The translations under genes were made by a program, and so were the position numbers. Positions 1 to 13,193 of a stretch of 64,000 nt of DNA are shown one piece after another (the stretch's first letter is position 1; every line of letters begins with the position of its first letter). This DNA comes from Balanoglossus misakiensis. Lineage: Eukaryota; Animalia; Hemichordata. Location: contig CM082591.2 in the NCBI GenBank assembly GCA_040954595.2, positions 2,207,745 through 2,271,744 on the forward strand, in the 5' to 3' direction. Under the pieces are notes generated by a model. It was not told the origin of the DNA. It saw only the letters and a list, made by a program, of their open reading frames with translations, and did no database searches.

Positions 1-7
1 CAGGTAG

Positions 8-138
8 GTCAGCTGATTGTCATGTGATCAGAGTGTGTGTCACCTGACACTTGTGATCATGATGTCCACAAGGTGATGTGAAGTGCCATCTGACTGTCGT
101 GTGATCATACTTCATGTCAGCTGATAGTCATGTGATCA
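8..138. repeat. Degenerate ~30-bp minisatellite (core gtcagctgatwgtcatgtgatca)
   Basis: Related copies at 8-30, 39-59, 85-107 and 116-138, all ending tgtgatca; may continue left of the window. Confidence 0.6.
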
Positions 139-2375
139 AGGTATGGAGTCTTATCAAATCATTTGGAACAAGAAACTTTAATACAGTGAAAAATAACTAC
201 TGAGTGACTTGAAGCAGTGTTGAAATTACATCTTCTTTATTTCTTTTTCTAGATTGTTGTTCTTGCAATGTCGACAAATGAACGTATGAATCAGAACCGA
301 TACAAACACTTCAAGGGAACGAGAGGAGCGATCATAAGTCCTTTCAAGTAAGTCCATATACATATAAGATTCATTGTTGATGTCCATTAAAAATTGAAAC
401 CAGTTTTTCTGTTTGAAATGGAGTCGGTGTCTTGTGAAATGTTTTGGAATGATCAACATTAGTTAGCGTCTACATGTATGGCAGCTTCATGAATGTTGAA
501 GGTGTAGTTCTTTTAACATTGAGGAATAGCACCAACTGTATCTTCTTTTTTGCCTTTTCAGTCGTGGTGTCTTGCGTAATCTACTGGACTTCTTTGAGTG
601 GACGTTGTGTGGTTTGTACAGACCTCGAGTTATAGACTGGAAAAACAACTTCGATTTCGACGTCCAGCCAGACCAGCCATGCTGTAATGAACACCATGTC
701 TAGACGAATACTCTGTGTATTCAAGTGTAAATTGGCAATGTTTTAAGATCAACAGTTTAACTAAACGCTGTCGTAGTAATATTATGTCATGTTTTATGCA
801 TATGCTTGTAAACTTGCTGGAAATGTATTTATTAATGCAGAATGACCTTAAATCGGTCTTCCAGTGTGTCCAACTTCCAGTATACATAGTCCATTGGAAA
901 CAGTATAAATGTTACCTCATCTTTTTTATTTAACTGGAAACCTGAGTTTGATATTCTATTTGGCATGTATGAACGTGCCAAAGCCGATTTAAAGATTTAC
1001 ACTCAAATATGCTGATTTTTTTTACCCAAGAGATCTGCTTGTAATCTCAAAACTATTATTCAGAGATTGTGAGATAATGAACCAACCGGATTTCAGTTTC
1101 CTGAAAAATAATATGAAATTAATGTAATGTGATGTTATGTGATGTGACTTGATATATGATTTGTTGTGAATTGTTGGTCTTGGTACATAAGGTGTTGCCG
1201 TGTACAAATTTATCATGTTGGCTGATTCAACCAGAGTTTACAGAATTTTCCCTTCCAACTAGACATAGACATGTGCATGTGATGGCAGTTTTGCCATATA
1301 TTTATTTTAAAGAAGGCACATTCCCTGACGCTATGTAATATGACAGTATCTCCGTAACTATTGTTAGAAACCCTACATTTTTACCCTTCATAAAAATTTT
1401 GTTTGATATAAAAATGTGAAAAAGTTTACTCCAATCTTGATTCACAAGTTTTACCTTCTGAGTTTGTTACACAGGAACAGAGATGGGTTGGGGGAAATGG
1501 GATGTTGTTGTTTACATTTGTTTATTTTTTCTCAGTCTGGAGTTAAGGTATCAGCCTCCACTAAGAGAACTTTCATTTTATGTATTTGTAACACCAACTT
1601 TTAAACTTTTTTTAACTTTTGTCTTTAAACCATTACTTTCACCAAGTAGTACTATGACAGATCTGAACAATTCATACTTTTAAACTATATTATTGCATCA
1701 ACTTTAGACATAAAATTAGACTTAATTTTTTTCTTTTGTTGCATGTATCATTTGATCATTAATTTGGAAATTTGCAACATTGGATTCACGTTGCAATTTT
1801 GTGAATAACACTTCAGTAATTAAGCGTATTGCAAAACATTGTTTTTGTACTGTTTTTATATTTCTGATTATTGCAATAAATGTATGCTGTGGCTCTTTTC
1901 ATACTCTAGAATCTCAGATTTTTTATTTATAATTTCTTTTGATTTGCAAAAAGACATTCCCTGCCCCATTAGAAGCCCCCCTCCCCATAGAATGGTTTTG
2001 TGTATGCCCTATAATCCGTTTATAAGTCCCCTCCGCCTATAAGTGCACTTGTACCCGCCACATAATAGGAAGTGCCATGCAATTAGCATGTTCAGACCAA
2101 TGTTTCCATTGCTGTCAGGGTGTTGGTTGATGTCAGACATGTCAAGAGATCTTTTGAGGTCAAAACCTATTCAAGGTAAGTCCACGCGTGGACACGCCAA
2201 CGAGACAAAGAATCAAACGTCCGAGAAACAGGAAATTAATTGCAAAGTTGCATCTTGAGACCAAGAGCGCAGTGGTGGCCAGCCGCACATGATAGTACAT
2301 GTACCGTCAAATTTGAGACCAGCGCCATTTTGAACTCGTACGTCACTTCCGCATTTGGTGGTATGAATTTAATCA

Positions 2376-2457
2376 GGTCACTCATCAGCTCATGGACCAA
2401 TAGGAGAACGCTTGAACTGTGGTCCCAGGTTCGATTCCTTGGGCGGCCTGATTTTTT
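2376..2457 (+). other. Degenerate tRNA-like sequence (tRNA-derived SINE head or tRNA pseudogene)
   Basis: A-box-like cagctcatgg; B-box GGTTCGATTCC (2428-2438) in a T-arm-like stem; imperfect acceptor-like pairing ggtcact/ggcggcc; T6 at 2452-2457. No convincing anticodon arm. Confidence 0.35.
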
Positions 2458-3932
2458 AACACCTGTCATAAAATGTCTGTCCCATTGTCTGTTGTTTTTT
2501 TTTCACACGATGCCCGTCATGATTGCCTTACCTACCCTATTGTCTCCTACTATCCAGGAAAGATTGTTGTCACTTCCTCTCATCCTGAGACGAGGGCGTG
2601 CGATGCCCAAGACTGCAACAGGTGTTCGAGTGCCGGTTTGATGGAATGGTTTTGCACGCTGACTTCCGTGCTACGCGAAATAGTAGCCTAAGGTAGGATT
2701 TCGATTCCCATAAAAATATAATTTTATTGCCTTAACAATATCCTAACATCCCGGGGCCATGAGGTGGCTGATGCACCTTCTACACTGTTTCCAACGCCCA
2801 TCCTGGTCAGGTGGTACTCATGGACATTGTTTCCATCCAGTGCCTGGTTGTCATACTTACCATCCATCCTGTATTAGTTTTCATGTCACCTTGGGCACTG
2901 CCCTTGTTTCGAGTGTATTGTGTTGACAGGGGGATGGTGTGAGACCTGACCTTCATCACACTTGGCCACATGTGTTTTATATTTAATGCATGAGAAACAA
3001 ACCAACGCTAGGGCGACGAATCACCAATACTGATTCATGACAACACCAGATTAATATATTTACACGGGGAAGTAATACCTTGTCAGTCCTTTGGGAGAAA
3101 AACATAAGACAAACAAAATTATATCTAACAAAAACAATTTAATAAGCTCAAGGTATTTTATCATTAATATTACTTTCTAAAGCCATGCATGTTTCAAATC
3201 ATCTAACTCTACATCGTACGTTGATATTGATTTCAGAAATAAAATGTGCTGACAATAGATTTTGATTTTAGTTCAATTTTTAGACAGATAAGGCACAATG
3301 GTGAACCAGTCAACTCAAAAATAGATTTTTTTAAAAGTTGAGAAATTGTTTCTTTTTAAAAATTCTAGATATCACAGATGGCGTATATGCGTTGCACACT
3401 TATTTAAGATGATGAAAAGGTTTCTTTCAAAATTTATGACTTTCGAATCTGATAATACAACCTGAAGATAAAAGCAAGGAATTACAAAACATTTAAGTCT
3501 TTTTTCTTGATATAAACATTGCATCTCTTTCATAACTTAAAGCTTCAGCCTAAAAGTGTTAACACACTTTTCATATACTACCATCGAAACATGGTTTTTG
3601 CATTTCATGATTCGAGACTGTCAATGAACTAAGCTCTCGACTAAAATTGCATGACAATAACGTGTGCATGAACACCACATGCTCGTCTGTTGGTGGCCAC
3701 GTGATACATGTTAAAAAGCATTAAAATATTAGGCGAGTTTTTCTTTAATTTTTTAAGTCTAATATCCGCGTCTTCGGTCAAGGCGATTTTAATGTAAAGT
3801 ATACTGTTTCTTATCCATCATTTTACATCAAGTTATTTTTTTTTTCAAGATTTTATTGTTGTGTTTCCATGTCTTGGGTTTGTTTCAACTTTGAATGCAT
3901 AATTATCTGTCTGTCTTCAGGATGTTGGTGTT

Positions 3933-6900
3933 TTATTCTGCCATGCTCAAAGCACCGGCTCCCAGACCATAGCCAACTCCCTTGGGTCCAAATCCTTTAC
4001 CATAGCAGGCTGCAATAAACCATACAGAGAGTGCGTGACATTTGAATGCTCAATTCGAGATTTGGTTAATTACCTTTGCTTTGGATGAAACAAGAGTTAT
4101 TCAGCAAAAAAATGAACTTTGTTTCGTTTAACGACACTACATAGTAGATAGGGATAATGTAAAAAATGTCCGCAGCCATTTTACTTACCCTGACAGAAGA
4201 TCTCTCCCTCTCTGTCGCAGACATTGGTAGAATCCAAGCTTTTGTTGCAGTAGGCGCATGTAAAACACTTCTTGTGCCATGACTGTAGAGCGAAAGGCCG
4301 AACAATAAAAGAACAATTCATTATTAGTATCGCATTTCCTGACATTCTAATTATGAAAACCTGAAAGTGCTCTGGTATTGGAGGCAACATGGCTACATGT
4401 TGTCACTTTACACATAGTTACTTAGTATCCATCCGCGTAGCCCTGCTGAGCAACGAAAGTAGTGCACATGCACAAAAAGACACAAACAAGTTGTCAAAAT
4501 ATTCAATCACAGTTTCAAGATATAAAGTTCGTATGTGTTTCTTATACTTTTGTAAAATTTGAACGACAAGATTTTTCTGTATTTGAAGCTCAAATCAGAC
4601 GCCTAAATTAGGCACTCTTTTGTGTCTCTGGTGCCCCTGAAACATGAATACTGCAACTTACAGAATTGGCGCCGATCATTTTTTCAGCCTGGTAGACTGA
4701 ATGTCCACAGCGTGGGCAGCGATCAGCGCCGCCGTATTTGGAGGGAGGTTCGGACGCAACGTCGCAGTGAGTGTAGGCTTCCGCCATGGCTGGTCCAGTC
4801 CTACAAAGAGAAAACCAACCTTAGCTTGCGTTAGCATTAGCTGTGATGTTAACCCCTTTACACGCCAAAGTCAGTTAAATTTATTTGGGAAGTTTGCTCA
4901 AAGCAAGATAAGAACATAGCGTGGAGAGGGTATTTATGTATAGTCGATGAATAAGTGTTTATCAGAAACACTGTCGATACTAATGAGTCGGCCATTTTGA
5001 ATGTCCGTCAGGATAATCCTACGCATAGTTGTCGCTGATACATTTGTAACTAGAAGTATTCAGTTTCCAAACTTTGAGATGATACCAGTGAATTGGAAGA
5101 ATCCGCATCCATCTTTGGATAGCGTGTTTAGCCCCTGGGTCCTATTTTGTTGCCACAACTGACAGCGCGTGTGTGTCAGCAGGATGTCGCGTATTGATAC
5201 TTCGGTGTGTTTAGGGGAAGAGGGGGAGTAGAAGCTCGGGGGCAAACATCTCGAAGATTCAACTGCAATATGTGTCCGGATAATGTTATCCACCAATTCC
5301 AAGAGTCCATACGTTATTTGTCTACATTTTCTTTAATGTAGGTTAGGTCTCTTAAACCCCAATGATGCCAGTTACTTATTTTGTTTCATTTGGCTATTTT
5401 TACATGCCCAGCAAGATCAACTATTCATTCATAAATGTTTTCACGCACCCAATGCTTCTAGGACAGTTACCCCCTAATCCCAGCCCTATTCCCAGCCCTG
5501 ATTACCGGATGGGACAGTCTGGGCGGTTAATGTCCATGACTGTACTCACACCACTTGAGAGTACAACAGTGCATCACATCACACAGTGCAGTTCAAGTCC
5601 CAGCATCAATCACGGGTTGCAGTTTTTTAAAACATACACACGCCACGCGGAGATTTGGGGACAGGTTTAAAAGAGGGTGCACGAAACAACTCTTTTCGAG
5701 CGCCCTCTGGTGCTATGGGTCGGCTACACCATCTGCACAAATGGATGAGTGAGACAAGGGTAGAACACGCATTATTTTATTAGTTTTCTACTGACAGAAA
5801 GCAGAATAAGTAGTACAATGCAGATAAACTGTTTGCACAACAGAAAAAAAGGTCAAGTACAAGAGAGAAGATAGCAGAAAAAAAGACAAAAGTCAGGAGA
5901 AGAAAGAGTAACATATAGCCATTTCACGAGAAGGAGGAATATTCGGATGGACAGACTAAATCGGTTGCACTCCATCTAAAAACAACCAATACTGGTTAGT
6001 TGCTTCAAGATGAGTGGCAGTCTGCCATTTTCAGGGAAGGGTTTCGGGTACCCTTGAAGGTTCATTCTGGGATTTTGGGAATGACATGCGATGCGGTCAA
6101 ACCTCATCACTCGACACATGCGCCTTTCATTGCCATATAGGTGTGCCATATACGTGACAAAACACATGACCTTCAAATGCAAATAGTTCCCATGTTTGAT
6201 TATGACCTTCAAGAGGTCACTTTGACCCCCCTGGGAGCTTGAGCTTAGTCTCCTTTGTTCTTTGACTCGGAAAAAGCACAGCAGCTATGTTCTTTGAGGA
6301 AATTTGAGTTTCTTAGTATTAAATCTTGAGTGCACAACTGAAATATATCAAATTCAAGGTACTTGTGTGTTTCCCACCAAAGTCCACAAAAATCTTAATT
6401 CTCCGAGCAAAATTCTAAACTCGATATGGACAAGAAATTCTTGGTACAACACAAGCACCTTTGCTTCATGTTTGATAGTTTTCAGTTGTGGAACTTCTTA
6501 TGACTTATTTCGGTTGTCACTTTTAAACTTCTCATCAAATATATTCGTGAAAATGAAAAAAGCAGATGTGTTAGCACTCATGAAAGAGTTAATAATTTTT
6601 AGATTAAATGGATGGCTTAAAATTTGTGCAATATTTATATAAAAAGAAAACAAATGATAGGTGATAACATAATATTCGATACATTAGAGTATAGTTTATA
6701 GAAAGAAACTTCTGGGTAGCCCCGCTGTGGTTGGCTGTGAACTTGAAGCGACGAGGCGAAAGACGGGAAGACAGCGGAAGTAAGGGTATAAGTGTGCATC
6801 TTCACTACGATGGTTGCTATGGTGATAGGGGTCTGTTGCCATGGTAACTTACTGTTTGACTGGTTTGTTGCCAAGGTGTTCCCCTGCGTCCATGCTGAGC

Positions 6901-7287
6901 GTGCCAGCGCCGCCGCCGTAGCCGTATCCCTTGGGGCCGTGGCACTTGCCGTAGCAGTTCTTGCAGTAGATGTCTGATTCTCTCTCGGCCACGGTGGTAG
7001 AGTCCAGCATCTTGTTGCATAGCTCTGCGAATGTAGAGAAGCCGACGTTACCACGGTTTTATACAGGGTTAGGCCATTTTCATGACCCCACTAGTGACCT
7101 CACAACCTGGGAGTTTGTGTAGGTTAGAACTACCTTATTGTAATGGATGAAACACAACTGAGACATACTTACTGCAAGTGAAGCACTGCTTATGCCATGA
7201 CTGACCAGCGCCAATCCTTTCTTCTGCCTTGTACACGGATTTGCCGCATTTGGGACACTGGGGCGATCCTCCGAACTTTGGTGGCAT
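3933..7287 (-). CDS. CSRP: Cysteine- and glycine-rich protein (CSRP / muscle LIM protein family), two LIM domains, 198 aa
   Basis: Exons 7173-7287, 6853-7024, 4662-4800, 4189-4282, 3933-4009; all GT-AG, phases consistent, 597 nt. Translation [84 protein letters not shown]...[82 protein letters not shown] gives two LIM domains each followed by the GPKGxGYGxGAGxL glycine-rich motif diagnostic of CSRPs. Cannot be assigned to CSRP1, 2 or 3. Confidence 0.95.
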
Positions 7288-10170
7288 TTTGGTATAAAGG
7301 TACTTAATTCACCTGAAATGGCAAAACATAATTTTATTAGAAAGTGTACAGATTTCAGAAGTGGTATATTTTGCATTTTAGGTATCAAATTTAGGGTCAA
7401 GTTGTAATACATGCTGATAGTATGGTAGAAGTGTTTGTGTGATTTGAACATGCGCTGTGTCAATGACTCGTTGGCACTGGCAACCATACACTTTGGGATT
7501 TGCTTCCATCACTGCTGGGTGCGTGACGTCATAGTCTCAAACAGGATGGGAGTTGCCCTATATATGTCACTGTTCGTTATGTATGGATGTTGTTTTGCCA
7601 ATTCTGCAATCTGAGCTCGCAGGCGGCTCTAAAGCATTTCATGGCATGACCTTTGGCCTCTATTACCAATGGTGATTTGTACATTCGTTCCAGACATCCG
7701 CCGTATATTGACATGATTGATATTAAAGTAAACTCCATTTACGTGATGATATGCCGTCCCAAATGCCCTCATAGTTTACTAAACACGACAACCCATAATA
7801 TCACGAACAGCGCCAGTATTTACATTTTCCAACGACAGATGACTCAGCCATACATCAATATAAGACGCCGTCTCCGCCATCTCCAGTTGCCCTTTCGAAC
7901 CAATTTTAATTAATTGACCATGGTCCTAAAATATGTAACCATTTCATCTGATAAGATATTCGGGAAAACGTGCTCTTAAAGCAATGAAGTCGAGTTTGCA
8001 AAACCTCGGTTATGCGTGAAAGCGATCAACTCGACCACCTTCAAAACACCCCACCTCATACTGGGACCACTGTCTAAGCAATGCAAATTCTCAGTGACCT
8101 CCATTGAATGTCCCTTTAATATACCCTCTCCTAAATTCCTTCTGCGGGCGAGAAATACTTCGCGGGAATTTTTTTTCCGAAAACGCTGTTTTTTTATTCC
8201 CAGAGAACACCCCCATATGCATACCTCCAGCAGACGCTGAAATACCAGGCATAAACCACGCGTTCTAAATTCCAGACCCAATGGTTCAGAAGTCTGGCAT
8301 GTGTGATGAAGCGTCATGGAATTCGCCTCAAAACAACACTCAGGCCTTGACTGCAATAACTACACTCTTGTCGATGTGAAACTCCGCGATATGCGGTATA
8401 CGTGGCGATCACTTTTCCGGATCATTTTCGCTGCATTTTTCGACGAAGTTCACCAGAAAGTTATCTTGTACATTAGAAATTTTATCTCGTGGATTTAGGA
8501 CCCAAGTATTTAGGACATGTCTGAAAAGAAATGTATTAACCGCAAGCAATCTGACGAAGAGTTCCTATAATTTTCGTCCTGTGCTGCTGTTAAACGGCAT
8601 CTTCATAAGAATTTTAAATGCGGTCGATAAACTTTTGTGTTTCTGTAAGCATTCATTTGCATATTGGTATGATAATTCAGTAAGGTGTGAACGGACCTTT
8701 TAGTACAAATGGTATGTTATGTCAACCGACAGCTGTCAAAAATTACGGAATATTGAGATGTGTTTATTGGCACTACGCAAACATTTTCCATCACTGTGTT
8801 CGCTGGTATGTTTTCTTTGTAAGTTGGAGTTTGCCGAGTTACCACAAACAGATAAACAGAAAAATTTCAACATATCGCCAAAAGGTTTAAATGACGTCCC
8901 GTCGAGAACGCCATTACAGTGAGTCACCGCGCCGAGTCCAGCATACCGGCGTTCGTGCTTTACTCCATACTTGGCGAATAGGGAGATAATCACGTGATCT
9001 TATCCAAATTTATTGCAAGGATGGAAATCCGAGCTCGATCCTGCTGTCGGTTTTATTTTTAAGATGCGATCAACAGCCGTGCCTTGCCAGTAATAACCAG
9101 ACCTCCCACTACCAGGGGCAAATGACGGGGTCGGGGGACACTGGTACGGCAAATTATGGTTGTATTTCATATGATACCTCTGAAAGACCCGGAATAAATG
9201 AATCAACAGTTCATTTATTTTTGCATGTTGTTGGGGCGCGTGTGGTGCTTGGCAGCAAGTTATCAAAAACTAAACCATCCTCACCAACATTAAAGAGGCG
9301 TCATAGAATCGACTGGAGGAACTTTAATCGTCTGATAATGGTATTAATGGAATTTAACAATTCCAGAATTTAGGGTTAAACTAACAAAACGAAAATGCAT
9401 CGACAGAAATTCCTGAGCTATTTTTGCGAAGAAAAAACACTTTTGAAATGCTAGTAATAACTTGAAATGGTAATTCGAACTCAGATCAGTTCTAAGTCTT
9501 TGAAGAGACAGGGGGTTAGTTTTACAAGACGATTGACAGCGTCTTACAATTACGTAATCATCAAACTGCACCTGTCGTTCGTGCTCGAGAATCTCAAAAT
9601 GATTGACAGCTGACGGTCAGGCGACAAGTCGCACATAGCTGGAATCACAAAACGTCACTTTGTCAAAACATGACGAAAAGATTAATAATTTTGATATGCA
9701 ACGTCAATCTTTGCTACTGTCCACTCAACGAAACGTCAAGCCTCGTAAAATGGCAATGCGGTTTAGAAAACATTTGTGGAGATGAGATATTCATATATTG
9801 GTAATGCATAAGCGTACATTTAACACTTCGTGGTGTTGATTCGAAACAGGATCTGGAAACTTCGTGCAGTGCGGTGGATGAATGGAAACTTCTGGAAATC
9901 TGGCGTTCGGCCGGCGCAGGGGTGTTTGAACTCTGCACAATCGCGGCTTTGTCAGCGAGAACCATATCGCAAACGCTACAACACGCGATTCTACTCGAAC
10001 ACAAAGAAGAGCATTTTGGTCGCCTGTTCGTTTGCTTGCAAGGGCATCGATGTGCCAAGCACTTGGAATCACCCGAAACTTGACCTTGAACGGGAAGGAC
10101 AACCTCGGGGGGATATTTGTGGCGAAGGATTAAAGTTCACGAGACAAGGGAGTAAAGCCTGTCTGTGATT

Positions 10171-10180
10171 CCTTATATGG
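10171..10180. promoter_or_regulatory. Perfect CArG box (SRF site) CCTTATATGG, 5' of the CSRP coding exons
   Basis: Matches CC(A/T)6GG. A strong minus-strand donor (gcg|gtaagt, exon end 10855) suggests it lies in CSRP intron 1. A single match can occur by chance. Confidence 0.4.
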
Positions 10181-12720
10181 CAACATATCAGTGTATCCTC
10201 TACCACAAATACATAACTACAAAACGGTGTCGCTTATGAGTTTCAACTTGTCACCATATCGAATACATCTAAACGTTCAACTTTTCGTTCTGTTTTGAGA
10301 CGGCGAGAAACAGATAATGCATTTTGAACAAATATTAAATATACTCAGAATTGGAAAACACAAAATATTTTCTTCCGTGTCAAGGCTGTGTATTTCGCGG
10401 ACGTTAGGAGTGATGTATTGTAAGGCATTGCATCCTCGGGGTTAAAATGTGAATTATTGTAGTGAGCGTGTTGGGAATACCAGGACACGGTGATTTCAGC
10501 CGGGAATATTGCTGACTTTGCTTATTTTGTCTAGACTTCGCATGCACGATAGATATTTCCCCTTTTATTTTAAGTGAGAGTTCCATCCCTATCTTGCAGC
10601 TCTAATATCTTACCCGGAGTACACGTCGCTGTCTGTGGAAGTTCGATTACTTGGAAATTGCCAGAAGTTCACAGTATTGTGCAATAAAATTCTGGAAGCC
10701 TATGGATACTTCGAAGATTTAAAGAAACGGAGTAATGTGAAATTCAAAGTGATGTAAGAAGTCCGTTTTCTCAATTAAGTTAAAAGGGGAGGTAATATTG
10801 ACTAATTCTATCCCCCTACTGTACAGATAAAGTTGACAAAAGTGATGGACTTACCGCAAAATACAAGACAGACGATGGACTGCACGAATGGTAGTCTCCG
10901 ACAGTGAGTGGTTTGAGTTAAGGCGCAGAGAGTTTGAGGTTGACGGGGAAATTCCTGGCATAATTTGCACACAACACTTCGAAAATCTTCCTTTTGCACA
11001 CAGAACGCAAGTCCCGATCCCCAGAAATGGAAGCGGGTTATACTGTGTCTTGTGTGTACGCTCCAACCCGGGAAGTTTAAAGACCGTGGCCATGGCAACA
11101 CAGAGCCCTGCTTTCCGGCCAACGCAAAACAAAGTTCTTATACCTCTAACAAATGATCATGGAAAGTTGAGATCTACTCAGTAATCACATATTTTCACTT
11201 GGTTGGCCACGTAAAAAAGTGCGCCACCACGTGGTTATTGGCAGACGTAGACACACCCTTTTAACCAAATATGAGCATTTGTAAATTAGAGGCCACTGTA
11301 CCTTTAAGAACATTGAACTTTCCATCTTCACTGTATAGGCCTAAGTCTAGTAAGTCAGCGAATATTACTGCAGAAGGGACGAAGACTACATAAGGACACT
11401 GCCTTCGCCATCTGAACAATTTGTATTTGTCAGTGGAGTGCAATTATTTATATCTTTCCATTCGTCATAAATCAATGTTTAACAAACAGTGTCAGTGTTT
11501 AGGACAAGCAGTGGGAACTTGGGTGAACTCGGTGACCTGACAATGGTTGGCGAGTCGGTTTTGTTTATTCTACTCTCTAAGTGTCTTCCGTGACTTTCCC
11601 GGATCGAGTTACACCCTGTCTATCCGGATGTATGTCGACCCGTAAAGCCGGCTCATTTGAATAATGCAAGAACGTACACACCGTCTTGGTGAGCGTAGCG
11701 AGCGCCCTTGAGCGACGGGTTTTCCAGTCCAACAAGTCTGATGTTCCGAAAGAAAATAAAGATTGGCCCTGTAAGGGCGCTTCAGTGAGGATCTGTGAAA
11801 TGAAATGAGTGCACGCAACCTTGAAAATGCCCTGGTAGTTCGTTTGGTTTAGCCCAGTATGGTGTGGTATGACAGTTATTGACTATGCTAAATTCTTCAT
11901 ACATGACTTCCATAGAAAACAGCCTCATTATTTGTTATACTTGATGAAAAAAATAAAGGGTCTGGTGACTTTTTGTTTCAAGGTACTGAAGCTGCTTACC
12001 AACACAGTCTATTTTATAATATGACCAAATTTATCATGGACAAATGAATTTCTCTCGTGGGCCCTAGGCTTTGGTGCTTTTCGACCAAGGTCACTGTCAA
12101 CAGCAAACCGCTGTGAGTCTGCATTTCTGTAAGCAAAAATGATGCAAATTCACATGTGAAACAAATACCAGCAAATTTGTTCCTTTGCAGTGACTGGTAT
12201 GTCCTTCAGAATATGCCCTCAATTCATTAATATGATACAACAAGGTTCAGTGTGTGTTTTGCAAATGTTAACTGTTGTGAAATTGAGTCTTAACATGTTT
12301 GTGTTGCATTTGATGACTATACATGCACTCACGATGTTCAAAGATAGAGATTAAGATTAAAAGATGATGATAAATCATCATTATTTTGGAGGATGACTGT
12401 GCATATACATGTATATATATACAGGGAATTATTAGGATAGTTCAAGGGCATTTAAAAATATCATGTTAGCGTCACTGGCAACGGATACCGGTAGTTATAC
12501 TTTTATGGCCGATGAATGTACACGGAATAAATAAATGCAGCTTGTAGAATGTGTTCCCTCATGTATTTATCATTATCGGCAAGGAAATACGTATTCAACA
12601 AAAATATGGGCATGTCATGTCATCGAACATGTTTTAGAACAAAACGGGGTGTGACACAATAATATAGGGTGTTTGTTAATTGACAACAATTTCAAATTCC
12701 TTGTAGGAATATCATACAAT

Positions 12721-12777
12721 CCCCCCCCCCCCGTTTTTCCATGCCCCGCCCCGCCCACCCCTAGCCCCTCGCCCCTC
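12721..12777 (-). other. G-rich tract with G-quadruplex potential ~420 bp upstream of the CECR2 ATG
   Basis: Plus strand C12 then cccc-g-cccc-g-ccc-a-cccc-tag-cccc-tcg-cccc, giving seven G-runs of 3 or more on the minus strand. Confidence 0.5.
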
Positions 12778-13193
12778 TGATTGTGAGTGATGCACCCGCA
12801 ATCAACGATGTATAATTTGAAGAATGGGGCTAGTTCTGGATAAAGCACAAAGCTGTTTGGACAGTCTGAGCTGTGTAAACAGAAACACCCTGCAAAATTC
12901 CCACGAAATCGCCATTTAGTCGTTAAATATGTCGATCATCCGGGTTATGTCATAGTACACTTGGTCATTGAACTCGACGGTGATATTATTATTCTGGAAC
13001 GAGGCCAAAGCTGCCTCGGAAAGTTTCGGGTGTGCTCGGTACTTTCCGAGTTTGCTATCGTTTGGAAAGAAGTGCCATCTGTCTATGCAGTGTTGCAAGG
13101 TCAACTCAAACAACTAAAATGAACGGCAAACAACGCGAATTTTGTTGATCTGTGAGGAACTCCATTGTCTTTATCTTGCTTCTCTGGTTAGAA

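Noticed and set aside
226-933. Short minus-strand ORFs as a gene or viral/TE remnant
   Set aside because: Frames are interrupted, with no recognisable motif or coherent splice model; left uncalled pending a BLASTX.
6635-7487. ORF-track proteins 6635-7054 and 7080-7487
   Set aside because: They are off-frame overlaps of the real CSRP exons.
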